Shown here piece after piece: positions 22,776 through 32,158 of a stretch of 64,000 nucleotides of DNA. Source of the stretch: Candidatus Latescibacterota bacterium (GTDB lineage Bacteria > Latescibacterota > UBA2968 > GCA-2709665); contig CAXXXF010000006.1 of assembly GCA_963667175.2 (NCBI GenBank), forward strand, positions 512,001 to 576,000. The letters run 5' to 3'. Positions within the stretch are counted from its first letter, which is position 1. Each line of letters begins with the position of its first letter. Made by a program: the position numbers and the translations under genes. Under the pieces are notes generated by a model that was not told the origin of the DNA, ran no database searches, and worked only from the letters and a program-made list of their open reading frames with translations.

Positions 22776-23576
22776 ATGTTGGCGATCACTTTACTCCGCC
22801 TGGCATGGTGTCTTGTCAACCTGGGCTGGATGAATACCCGGCTTCAGGCTGAACCTGTCCGGGTTTATGCCGCGATCAGCCTGATCGGTTCAATGAAGCA
22901 GATTGAAGGGACTTTCGAAGAGGAAACCGGCGTGGACGTCCGGTTCTCGTTCGCGGCGTCTTCCACACTGGCCAGGCAGATCGAGCGTGGGGCGCCGGCC
23001 GGGGTCTTCATTTCCGCGAACCCGGCGTGGATGGATTATCTGGAATCGCGGGGACTGATTCACCCTGACAGCAGGGCAGACCTGCTCGGCAACGCGCTGG
23101 TGGTGGTTACGCCGGCGGGAGAGGGCTTTGACGTCAAATGGGAACAGGCGTTCGACTTCGCCGGGGCGTTTGAAGGACCGCTGGCGGTTGCGGACCCCGA
23201 TCTCGTTCCCGCCGGTATATACGCCAGACAGGCGCTCGTCAACCTGGGATGGTGGGCGGATTTGAGCAGGCGCCTCGCCATCGGGCAGGACGTGCGTTCC
23301 GCGCTCGCATTTGTGGAACAGGGCGCCTGCGCCGCGGGAATTGTGTACGCAACCGATGCCGCCTCGAGCGACCGGGTGGACGCGCTGGGCGTGTTTCCGT
23401 CAGGGACGCATGAAGAGATCGTCTATGCCGTCGCGATCGTAAAGGGACGGGTTGCCGGGACGACGCGACGCTTCGTGGAATTCCTGAGGTCCGAGCAGGC
23501 TCTCGACGTATTCAAGCGTGACGGCTTTCTGGTTTGCGTCTCACGTCGAGACCTCGAACCAACGGGACGCGACTGA
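22776..23576 (+). CDS. modA: Molybdate ABC transporter periplasmic binding protein
   Basis: YAAISL, FAASSTLARQIERGAPAGVFISAN, VPAGIYA, GIVYATDA. Confidence 0.9.
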   Translation: MLAITLLRLAWCLVNLGWMNTRLQAEPVRVYAAISLIGSMKQIEGTFEEETGVDVRFSFAASSTLARQIERGAPAGVFISANPAWMDYLESRGLIHPDSRADLLGNALVVVTPAGEGFDVKWEQAFDFAGAFEGPLAVADPDLVPAGIYARQALVNLGWWADLSRRLAIGQDVRSALAFVEQGACAAGIVYATDAASSDRVDALGVFPSGTHEEIVYAVAIVKGRVAGTTRRFVEFLRSEQALDVFKRDGFLVCVSRRDLEPTGRD

Positions 23577-23715
23577 CGCACAGGCCCGCAACCCGTTTTT
23601 CGCGACCCCGGAAAGCGGGCGCCTGCCGATGCGCCGGCGACGTCAGGTGGCAGTGCCGGCACTCTCGACAGACCGCTGGCCGGAGACCTTCATTCGCATT
23701 ACAGGAGCAGAGAAC

Positions 23716-24837
23716 ATGGCCGTTCTGGAGCGGTTGAACGTCGGCGTTGCGGGCGCCGCCGGCAGAGGCGGGAGTTTTCGAGCGGCCTTTGACGCGCATC
23801 CCACGGCCCGCCTGCACGCCGTCTGCGATATCCGCGAAGACATGCTGGACGCGGCGGCCGAAAAGCTGGGCGCCTCGGAAACCTATACGGACTACGAGGA
23901 GATGCTGGAAAGGTCCGAGTTGGATGCCGTGGTCATCGGAACGCCCATGCAGTTTCACGCGCCCCAGGCGATCGCCGCCCTGGAGTCGGGCGTTCACGTG
24001 CTGAGCGAAGTGACAGCGGCGGTTTCCGTCGACGAGTGTAGAAGCCTCGTCGCTGCGGCCACTGCCACTCCCGCGATATATATGATGGCCGAGAACTTCA
24101 CGTATATGAAGCCCAATGTGCTCGTGAAGGAACTCGTGCGGCGCGGTCTGTTCGGGGAGGTCTACTACGCGGAGGGGGAGTACGTCCACGAGTTGAAGGG
24201 ATTGAACGAGAGAACGACGTGGCGCCGGAAGTGGCAGACGGGAATCGACGGCGTCACGTACGGCACGCACAGCCTGGGACCGATTCTTCAGTGGATGGAA
24301 GGCGACCGCGTGGCGCGGGTGTGCTGCGAGGGCAGCGGTCATCACTACGTGGATCCGAGAGGGAACCGATATGAGAATCAGGACTCATGCGTGATGCTGT
24401 GCAAAACCGCGAGAGGGGGGTTGGTCAAGATACGGGTCGACATGCTGTCGGAACGCCCTCATTCCATGGCGAACTACACGCTTCAGGGCACCACCGGTTG
24501 CTATGAGTCGGCCCGCGCGAAGGGGGAGGCGAACCGGATCTGGCTGGCGGATTTGTGCGAAGACGGGAATTCCTGGATGGACCTGTCTGAACTGGAAGAG
24601 GAATATATGCCGGAGATGTGGCGCAACCCGTCCGATGACGCGCTGAAGGCGGGGCACGGGGGAGGGGACTATTTCGAGATTCTGGATTTCGTGAACGCCA
24701 TCGTGGGAACGGCGCCGTGTCCGATCGGCATCCACGACGCCATGGACATGACGCTGCCTGGCCTGATCAGCCAGGCATCCATCTTGCGCGGCGGCGATTG
24801 GCTGGACGTCCCGGATTCGAGAGCCTGGGTGGCGTGA
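23716..24837 (+). CDS. Gfo/Idh/MocA family oxidoreductase
   Basis: LHAVCD, VIGTPMQFH, HVLSEV, YGTHSLGP, GHGGGD. Confidence 0.85.
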   Translation: MAVLERLNVGVAGAAGRGGSFRAAFDAHPTARLHAVCDIREDMLDAAAEKLGASETYTDYEEMLERSELDAVVIGTPMQFHAPQAIAALESGVHVLSEVTAAVSVDECRSLVAAATATPAIYMMAENFTYMKPNVLVKELVRRGLFGEVYYAEGEYVHELKGLNERTTWRRKWQTGIDGVTYGTHSLGPILQWMEGDRVARVCCEGSGHHYVDPRGNRYENQDSCVMLCKTARGGLVKIRVDMLSERPHSMANYTLQGTTGCYESARAKGEANRIWLADLCEDGNSWMDLSELEEEYMPEMWRNPSDDALKAGHGGGDYFEILDFVNAIVGTAPCPIGIHDAMDMTLPGLISQASILRGGDWLDVPDSRAWVA

Positions 24838-24874
24838 AAAAACCGAGGGGCCCCAGACTCGCGGACGATCCGCG

Positions 24875-25663
24875 TTAAGCGCGTCGGGGCGCCAATGCGC
24901 CTTCCCCGAAAATGATCGAAAACGCATGTCCGCGCGCGGAATTGGTTCCCGCGTGCATGTAACACACGCTGAACGCTCTGCGGGGAACGTCGGTACGGTT
25001 GGCGCCGGAGCTGTGTAACAGCCAGTTGTGCAGGAGTACGACTTCGCCGGCCTCGAGCTCCAGATAGACGTGCCTGGCGCGTTGGGTCCGCTCCTCGATC
25101 TGCTCGGGACTCAGAAATCCGCTGGCGTTTTCCGGGTTGACAAGGCCCCATTTGTGGGACCCGGGGATGATTTTGACGCAGCCGTTGTCGACCGTGGACC
25201 GGTCCAACGCCGTCCAGACGGTGATGAGCGGGTCCCGGTCGAGGTCGGTCCAGCGATCCTGGTGCCACGTCAGGTCGTGGCCATGTCCGGCCGGCTTGTT
25301 CATAAACATGGCCCGGAAACAGGCCACCGGGACATCCGGCCCGTAGGTCCTGGCGCAGACGTTGCGAAAGAGCGGATGCTGCATGTATGCAAGGAAGAGG
25401 TCGTCGAGTTCCAGGTCCTGGATCTTCCGATAGTTCAGCGTGGCGCCTTTGTGGCCCCTTGTTTGGGGACCCGGACCGTCCCGTCCTTCAACAACGTCCA
25501 ACTGCATCAGCATGCGACTGTAGTCCAGCGGAGCCCTGCCGAGCATGACGTTGTCAATCCGTCGCCTGAGGGCTTCCACTTCGGCTTCTGCGGCGACCCT
25601 GCCGAGACGCAGAAAACCCGCGGCGCCGAACCGTTCCCATTGTTCGTCCGTAAGAGAGTCCAT
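24875..25663 (-). CDS. Phytanoyl-CoA dioxygenase family (Fe/2OG) protein
   Basis: WHQD, VWTALD, NGCVKIIPGSH, LHSSGAN. Confidence 0.88.
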   Translation of the reverse strand: MDSLTDEQWERFGAAGFLRLGRVAAEAEVEALRRRIDNVMLGRAPLDYSRMLMQLDVVEGRDGPGPQTRGHKGATLNYRKIQDLELDDLFLAYMQHPLFRNVCARTYGPDVPVACFRAMFMNKPAGHGHDLTWHQDRWTDLDRDPLITVWTALDRSTVDNGCVKIIPGSHKWGLVNPENASGFLSPEQIEERTQRARHVYLELEAGEVVLLHNWLLHSSGANRTDVPRRAFSVCYMHAGTNSARGHAFSIIFGEGALAPRRA

Positions 25664-25817
25664 AGACGTTTCCCGGCAGTGAACCCGCGACCCCGACGTC
25701 CGCCGTTCCGGTTCGAAGAATCAGTGTCTGACACAAGAGGATTCGCCGGAAGCGGGATACCGGATGGAAGATAGCAAAGAACGAATCGCACATCAAGTTT
25801 CCCAGGAGGAGCAGACG

Positions 25818-26789
25818 ATGTCGGATACGGTTTTGTATCTCTCGCGCCGGGACGTGGAGGCGGTAAATCTGTCGACGTCGGAAATCATCGATGGTCTGGA
25901 CCGGATGTTCGTGGAAAAAGGAGAAGGCAAAGTGGAGATGCCGCCCAAGCCGGGCATCCATACGCAGCCCGATGCGTTTATCCACGCCATGCCGGCGTAT
26001 ATCCCGAGCCTTGAATCCGCGGGCATGAAGTGGGTATCCGGATACCCGGCGAACCAGGCAAAGGGATTGCCCTACATCAGCGGGCTGTTGATTCTGAATG
26101 ATCCGGAAACCGGCATCCCCACGTGCGTGATGGATTGCGCGTGGATTACCGCGATGCGGACGGGCGCGGCAACCGCGGTGGCAGCGAAATACCTGGCGCG
26201 CACGGACAGCTCGACGGTGGGCATTGTCGCCTGCGGCGTCCAGGGCCGTGGCAATCTCGAAGCGCTGTCGTGTGTTTTCGATATCACGGACGTCAAGGCG
26301 TACGATCTCTACCCGGAACTTGCGGATCGGTTCGCCGCGGAGATGGAGCCCCGGCTAGGGGTGCGCATCGAGCCGGTTCGCGACGTTTCGCAGGCCGTCA
26401 GGGAACTGGACATCGTCGTCACAAGCGGGCCCGTCAGGGACCGGCCGGAACCGGTGGTAGACGCCGGCTGGCTGGCGGAGGGATCTTTCGCCTGTCCGCT
26501 GGATTTCGACGCGTACTTTCGGGCCGATGCTTTCCGTGAAGCGGACAAACTGGCAAGCGACGATACCGAACAGCTGAATTACTATCGGCAGGCCGGTCAT
26601 TTCGTCGATACGCCCGAGCCGTATGCCGACCTGGGTGAAATCGCCGCCGGGCTGAAGCCGGGACGGGAGTCGGACCGGGAACGCACGATTGCGATCAATT
26701 TGGGCCTCGGTCTGGAAGACATGGCCACCGCGATACTGGTTTACCGCCGCGCACTGGCGCGCAAAATCGGGACGGTGCTGCCGCTTTGA
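25818..26789 (+). CDS. Ornithine cyclodeaminase / mu-crystallin family protein
   Basis: HAMPAY, MKWVSGYPANQAKGLP, ITAMRTGAA, GLGLEDMA. Confidence 0.9.
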   Translation: MSDTVLYLSRRDVEAVNLSTSEIIDGLDRMFVEKGEGKVEMPPKPGIHTQPDAFIHAMPAYIPSLESAGMKWVSGYPANQAKGLPYISGLLILNDPETGIPTCVMDCAWITAMRTGAATAVAAKYLARTDSSTVGIVACGVQGRGNLEALSCVFDITDVKAYDLYPELADRFAAEMEPRLGVRIEPVRDVSQAVRELDIVVTSGPVRDRPEPVVDAGWLAEGSFACPLDFDAYFRADAFREADKLASDDTEQLNYYRQAGHFVDTPEPYADLGEIAAGLKPGRESDRERTIAINLGLGLEDMATAILVYRRALARKIGTVLPL

Positions 26790-26825
26790 TCGGGCCCGTT
26801 CAGGCGAAGATGCAGAGGAGGTTTG

Positions 26826-27947
26826 ATGATTCGTCAGACTGACAACCCGGAACAGATCGGGATTTCCATTGAAGGCTTGCAATCGGCTGGCGGAATCCTC
26901 GAGGAGGCGGTGATCCGGGGAGAGTTGATGGGCGCGGCGCTCCAGGTTTCCCGGGGCGGAGTCGCGCTCGCGCCGGCGTGTTTCGGACGCCGGACGCTGG
27001 ACCCCGAAGGTCCTCCGGTGGCGCCGGACACCGTTTTCCTGATCGCGTCCATCACCAAGCCGATCGTGGCGGCGGCGGTGATGTTGCTCGTGGAGCGGGG
27101 CAAGGTCTGCCTGGACGACCCGGTGACGGCGTTGGTACCGGAGTTTGGCCAGGCGGGCAAGGAAGACGTACAGGTGCGGCACCTCCTGACCCACACGTCC
27201 GGGCTGCCGGATATGCTGCCGGAGAACCTGGCATTGCGCGCCGAACACGCGCCGTTGGACGTCTTTATTCAACGCATCTGTAAGGTCAAACTGCGATTCA
27301 GACCCGGCACGAGAATCTCTTACCAGAGCTGTGGAATCGCCATGCTGGGCGAAATCGTCCAACGGCTCGAGGCGACGCCGGTACGGGAATTCATGAGGCG
27401 GTCGTTTTTTGAACCGCTGGGCCTCGTGGATACCTCGCTGGGTCGTCCGGCACGGAATTCGCGGGATTCCGACGTGAAGATACACGGCGGGGAGTACGGC
27501 GCGGCGGACGCCCTGTCCTGGAACTGGAATTCAGATTACTGGCGAGGGTTCGGCGCACCCTGGGGCGGGCTGTTGACCACCACGGCCGAGATGACGGCGC
27601 TCTGTCAGGCCTTTCTATACAAGGGTGCGCTGCACGGGACCCGCATTCTGAGCCCGGCGACGGTTTCCGCAATGACGACGGACCAGACGTCGGCGATGCC
27701 GGACCTGAACCGGGCGGATCGGCGCCGACAGCGTTGGGGGCTGGGATGGCGCGTGCGCGACCGGGTGTGTTCAATCTTCGGAGATCTGACTTCCGACGCC
27801 ACGTTCGGACACGAGGGGGCGACGGGAACCGTGGCCTGGGTGGACCCGGAAACGGAGACGACGTGCGTACTGTTCACCAACGACCCGCGCGGCGCGGCTT
27901 CCCTGCGTCCACGAGTAGGCAATGCCGTTGCCGCCGCCGTCGTTTAA
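26826..27947 (+). CDS. Serine hydrolase, beta-lactamase/CubicO family
   Basis: ASITK (SxxK), HLLTHTSGL, YQS, FGHEGATGT. Confidence 0.88.
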   Translation: MIRQTDNPEQIGISIEGLQSAGGILEEAVIRGELMGAALQVSRGGVALAPACFGRRTLDPEGPPVAPDTVFLIASITKPIVAAAVMLLVERGKVCLDDPVTALVPEFGQAGKEDVQVRHLLTHTSGLPDMLPENLALRAEHAPLDVFIQRICKVKLRFRPGTRISYQSCGIAMLGEIVQRLEATPVREFMRRSFFEPLGLVDTSLGRPARNSRDSDVKIHGGEYGAADALSWNWNSDYWRGFGAPWGGLLTTTAEMTALCQAFLYKGALHGTRILSPATVSAMTTDQTSAMPDLNRADRRRQRWGLGWRVRDRVCSIFGDLTSDATFGHEGATGTVAWVDPETETTCVLFTNDPRGAASLRPRVGNAVAAAVV

Positions 27948-27988
27948 GGCGCATTCCCGGCGGCGCGGACCGCCCGTATCCAGGGACG

Positions 27989-28957
27989 CTATCCTTCGAC
28001 GTGAACGTTGCCGAAGAGTGTGCTGACGGATTCATCGTTGTGGATGCGGCGGATGGCTTCCGCCAGAATGGAGGCCACGGAAAGCACCTTGATTTTTCCA
28101 TTCTGTACCGTTTTCGGCACAGGGATGGAGTTTGACACCACCAATTCGGTGAGAACCGAATTCTCCACGCGTTCGACCGCGGGTCCGGCCAGCACCGGAT
28201 GCACGATTGCCGCACTGATGTCCAGGGCGCCGTGTTCCCTCAGGGCCGCAGCGGCCTCGACAAGCGACCCGCCGGTGGAAATGAGATCGTCGATGATAAC
28301 GACGTTCTTGCCTTCCACGTCGCCGATAACGTTCAGAACTTCGGTCTGCGTGCCGCTCGAACGTCGTTTGTCGACGATGGCCAGCGGAGCGTCGAGCAAC
28401 TCGGAATAAGCGCGTGTCATCTTGATGTTTCCGACGTCAGGCGTAACCGTGACCAGGTTGTGCATCCCCTTTTCTATCAGGTAGTTTCCGAAGACGTTGA
28501 TTGAGTAGAGGTGATCCATGGGGATGTCGAAGAATCCCTGGATCTGGTTGGAGTGCAGATCCAGGGAAAGGACCCTCCTGGCGCCGGCGGTCACGACGAG
28601 GTTTCCGATCAGTTTGGCGGTGATTGGCACACGAGGCCTGTCCTTGCGGTCCTGCCGGGCGTAGCCGTAGTAGGGAAGCACCGCGGTAATGCGCCGTGCG
28701 GAGGCGCGACGTGCCGCATCGATGAGGATAAGAATCTCCATCAGGGCGTCGTTGGGCGTGTATACCCCATTGCCGCAGATAGGCTGAACGATGTAGACGT
28801 CGTTTCCGCGCACGTTTTCGCGAATCTGAACGCCTGTCTCTCCTCCCGGAAAACTTTCGACTTCAGCATCTCCCAGGCTGATGTTGAGGTGTTGGCAGAT
28901 CTCCTCGGCCAGAGGTCTGTTGATGTTGCCTGTGAAAACTTGAAAGTCGTAAGCCAA
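27989..28957 (-). CDS. prs: Ribose-phosphate pyrophosphokinase
   Basis: PYYGYARQDRK, LDLH, PDVG, IIDDLISTGGSL; TTG start with GGAGG RBS. Confidence 0.96.
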   Translation of the reverse strand: MAYDFQVFTGNINRPLAEEICQHLNISLGDAEVESFPGGETGVQIRENVRGNDVYIVQPICGNGVYTPNDALMEILILIDAARRASARRITAVLPYYGYARQDRKDRPRVPITAKLIGNLVVTAGARRVLSLDLHSNQIQGFFDIPMDHLYSINVFGNYLIEKGMHNLVTVTPDVGNIKMTRAYSELLDAPLAIVDKRRSSGTQTEVLNVIGDVEGKNVVIIDDLISTGGSLVEAAAALREHGALDISAAIVHPVLAGPAVERVENSVLTELVVSNSIPVPKTVQNGKIKVLSVASILAEAIRRIHNDESVSTLFGNVHVEG

Positions 28958-29199
28958 AACGTCAGCCTCCCTGGTGGCGTTCGAATCGCGGGGTTGAAGG
29001 TTCGTCTCGGGACTGCGGGTGAAATATATGCCCCGCCTGACGGCGGAGCAATTGAATTTGACGACGCGAAGCGATTCGGGTTGCATTCAGTCCATGGATA
29101 TGGCAAATGTACTGAGAAGCCATCCCTCAGGTGCGGACTTCGGACGCGCGGGCGCCACCGGTCGCCCCTGAAATCTTCGTTCCTTTACGATTGCGTATC

Positions 29200-29928
29200 A
29201 TGTTGACCGTTCTCTACCAGGACGACCATTACGTTGCGGTTGACAAACCGAGCGGCATGTTCGTACATCCCACCCGCCTCGGACCACGGGAACCCAACTG
29301 CATGGCCCGCCTGGGCAGGCAACTGGGTCGTCCCGTCTACACCATTCACAGGCTGGACCGCGCCACCTCGGGCGTGCTTCTCTTCGCCCTGAGTTCCGAA
29401 GCCGCCCGGGAGATGTGCGTCCTGTTCGAAGAGCGCCGCATCCGGAAGGAATACCTTGCCGTGGTTCGGGGGTTTGCGCCCAACGCCGGACGGATCGATC
29501 ATCCCCTGCGTAAACACCGGAAGAAATCAGTCGTAGAAGCGGTTACCGACTTTGTCCGCGTGGGAACGGCCGAACTTCAGGAGCCCGTAGGCAGGCACGA
29601 GACAGCGCGTTTTTCACGGATACAGGCTGTGCCTCGAACCGGCCGCATGCACCAGATCCGAAGACACATGGCCCATATCTCCCATCCCGTACTGGGCGAC
29701 ACCAGGTACGGCGACGGGGCGCAGAACCGGTTCTTTCGCGCCAGATTCGGGTTGTGCCGCCTCGCGCTCATGGCCGCCCGGCTTGCGTTTCTCCACCCTT
29801 ATCGCCAGGAGGAAGTTGCTGTCGTCGCGGCGCCGTCGGAAGATCTCCAGGCGACGTTTGCCGGGTTGGGATGGGACGAGGCGCCGCCCCCCTACCCTCA
29901 TCCGCCCCTCGCCTCCCTGACACGCTGA
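29200..29928 (+). CDS. truC: RluA-family pseudouridine synthase (TruC-like)
   Basis: VDKPSGMFVH, HRLDRATSG, TGRMHQIRRHMAHISHPVLGD.YGDG. Confidence 0.8.
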   Translation: MLTVLYQDDHYVAVDKPSGMFVHPTRLGPREPNCMARLGRQLGRPVYTIHRLDRATSGVLLFALSSEAAREMCVLFEERRIRKEYLAVVRGFAPNAGRIDHPLRKHRKKSVVEAVTDFVRVGTAELQEPVGRHETARFSRIQAVPRTGRMHQIRRHMAHISHPVLGDTRYGDGAQNRFFRARFGLCRLALMAARLAFLHPYRQEEVAVVAAPSEDLQATFAGLGWDEAPPPYPHPPLASLTR

Positions 29929-30070
29929 GACTGGCCCGATACATCCCCGCCGGCCCGCCTGTATTTGCCGGGAAACAGCGATAGCGATCGATCCGTGAAC
30001 GGCAGCCCTACCGGCGCAGTATCCTGCGCGGAAGGCGAACGTCCCATAATCGAAACACTGGTTCATTCGA

Positions 30071-31024
30071 ATGTCCGTCGACCCGGAACACGTTACGATT
30101 GTCAGAAGCGGCGCCATCGGAGATTTCGTCCTGACGCTTCCCGCGGTGAACGCGCTCCAGCTGGCTTACCCCCGCTCTCGTCTTCGACTCATCGGCAACC
30201 CCTCGATCCTGCGCCTTGGGCCGGTGAGAAACCTGATTGACGTCAACAGCGCCGAAATCGCCGGCCTGTACAATCCCGAAGGCGCCGTTCCCGAACGCAC
30301 CCGGGCCCTCTTTTCAGGCGTCGACCTGCTTCTGGCCTACGCCGTCGACCCGGACCGGCGGCTTCAAACGCGCCTCTCGGAGATTGTCCGCGGCCAGGCA
30401 ATCGTTTTCGATCCCCGCCCGAAACGGGACACCCACGTTACAGAACACCTGCTGGCGCCGCTCCACAGGATATCCGTACCCACGTCCGACCCGATCCCCA
30501 GGATCCCGTTGAACGAAATTGAACTGGGTCATTCCCGCGGCATCCTTCAAAGAGAACGTCTGTCTTCGCCCCTGGTCGCCATCCACCCGGGCAGCGGCGG
30601 CCGGGGAAAGCGCTGGCCGTTAGCGTCCTTTCTGAAGCTTGCCCGGGAACTCCGCGCCCGAGGCGCAGGTGTCTTCACGTTATGCGGGCCCGTGGAACGA
30701 CACCTGGTCGATACGCTGCGGGCTCACGTTCCATCCCTGATTCCCGGGGACCTTCGCATCCTGGCCGGCCTGCTGCGCCACGCCGACCTCTTCGTTGGAA
30801 ACGACTCCGGCCCGGGACACGTAGCCGCCGCAGTGGACACCCCTGTGCTGGCTCTGTTCGGGCCCACGGACGCGACAACGTGGGCCCCCCGGCACCCGCT
30901 CTCCCGCGTTTTGAAGGCCCCGGACGGCCACCTCCCGTCCCTTTCGGTCGAAACCGTCCTGCGGGCCGCGCTCGAACGACTCGCAGCGATATCCAACCGG
31001 CCGCCGGATTTGCACCGACCATGA
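30071..31024 (+). CDS. Glycosyltransferase family 9 (heptosyltransferase-like)
   Basis: GAIGDFVLTLP, IHPGSG...KRWP, GNDSGPGHVAAA, LFGPT. Confidence 0.87.
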   Translation: MSVDPEHVTIVRSGAIGDFVLTLPAVNALQLAYPRSRLRLIGNPSILRLGPVRNLIDVNSAEIAGLYNPEGAVPERTRALFSGVDLLLAYAVDPDRRLQTRLSEIVRGQAIVFDPRPKRDTHVTEHLLAPLHRISVPTSDPIPRIPLNEIELGHSRGILQRERLSSPLVAIHPGSGGRGKRWPLASFLKLARELRARGAGVFTLCGPVERHLVDTLRAHVPSLIPGDLRILAGLLRHADLFVGNDSGPGHVAAAVDTPVLALFGPTDATTWAPRHPLSRVLKAPDGHLPSLSVETVLRAALERLAAISNRPPDLHRP

Positions 31025-31170
31025 TCCGTTTTCGATGCGATTTTTCTGCCGTTTCACGGCATTGAGTTTGACAGCCTGAGACGAATGTGGCATATTGAGT
31101 TCCGGTATCGATAGCTTTTGGGTCGTCTTTGCATCACCCAGGTACTGAAACTGAAAACGAGGAGAACCGG

Positions 31171-32133
31171 ATGAGTGCCCTGCTCGACCTGACCTTTCGC
31201 GGGAATCGCCTGGCAGGATGCGTCGACGACGCCGGCGAACTGAGGCGTTCCGACGACATTGCACACGATCCTGCGTCGCTGCACGCCCGCATGGCCGACG
31301 ACGGCTACCTCTACCTGCCGGGGCTTCTCGATCCGGAAGAAGCGCTGGCAGCGCGTCTTGAAGTGATGAAGCGCCTCGCCAGGCTGGGCTCGGTGGATGA
31401 ATCGCTTCCGCTGATCGAAGGGAAATACAAGCCGGGCGGCGGGCTCGGCGCCATGTTCGACTTCACACTCGATAATCCGGCGCTGATGAACGTCCTCTAC
31501 GACGGTCCCATGATCCGGTTCTATGAACGATTCCTGGGCGGGCCCGTCACCCATTTCGATTATACGTGGTTCCGGGTCAAGGCGCCGGGCGCCACGTCTC
31601 CCACCCAGCCCCACTACGACGTGGTCTATATGGGCCGCGGGACCCCCCGGCTCTATACCTCCTGGACGCCGCTGGGGGACGTACCGTTTGAAATGGGAGG
31701 TCTGATCATCCTGGAAGATTCCCACAAGAGCGAACGCCTTCGGCACACCTATGCCCGCACCGACGTCGACAAATACTGCGAGAACGAAAGCGAAGCCAGA
31801 CGGACCGTCGAAGCCGCCAGGGTGCAGGAGCGTGAACTCACCGGCGAGGAACAGTCCCGGATCCACTGGAATTCCACCGGGTCATACGCGTCCGACGCCA
31901 TTCAGGCCCGAAAGGAAATTGGCGGCCGCTGGCTGACTGCGGACTACAAGCTGGGTGACGTGCTCGTTTTCTCCATGCGCACGCTGCATGCCAGTTCCGA
32001 CAACCACACCGACCGGATCCGCATCTCTTCAGACTCAAGATATCAACTCGCCTCCGAACCGCAGGACGAACGCTGGATCGGGACCAGCCCGGTAGCGCAT
32101 GGCATACGCGCGAAACAGGCCATGATCTGTTGA
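31171..32133 (+). CDS. Phytanoyl-CoA dioxygenase family protein
   Basis: DGYLYLPG, PHYD, WTPLGD, GDVLVFSMRTLHAS, RISSDSRYQ. Confidence 0.85.
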   Translation: MSALLDLTFRGNRLAGCVDDAGELRRSDDIAHDPASLHARMADDGYLYLPGLLDPEEALAARLEVMKRLARLGSVDESLPLIEGKYKPGGGLGAMFDFTLDNPALMNVLYDGPMIRFYERFLGGPVTHFDYTWFRVKAPGATSPTQPHYDVVYMGRGTPRLYTSWTPLGDVPFEMGGLIILEDSHKSERLRHTYARTDVDKYCENESEARRTVEAARVQERELTGEEQSRIHWNSTGSYASDAIQARKEIGGRWLTADYKLGDVLVFSMRTLHASSDNHTDRIRISSDSRYQLASEPQDERWIGTSPVAHGIRAKQAMIC

Positions 32134-32158
32134 GGCGCGCGCCGGCATGCCGGCCGGA

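Noticed and set aside
28960-29040. tRNA upstream of prs (contains TTCGAATC)
   Set aside because: No cloverleaf or acceptor stem could be built.
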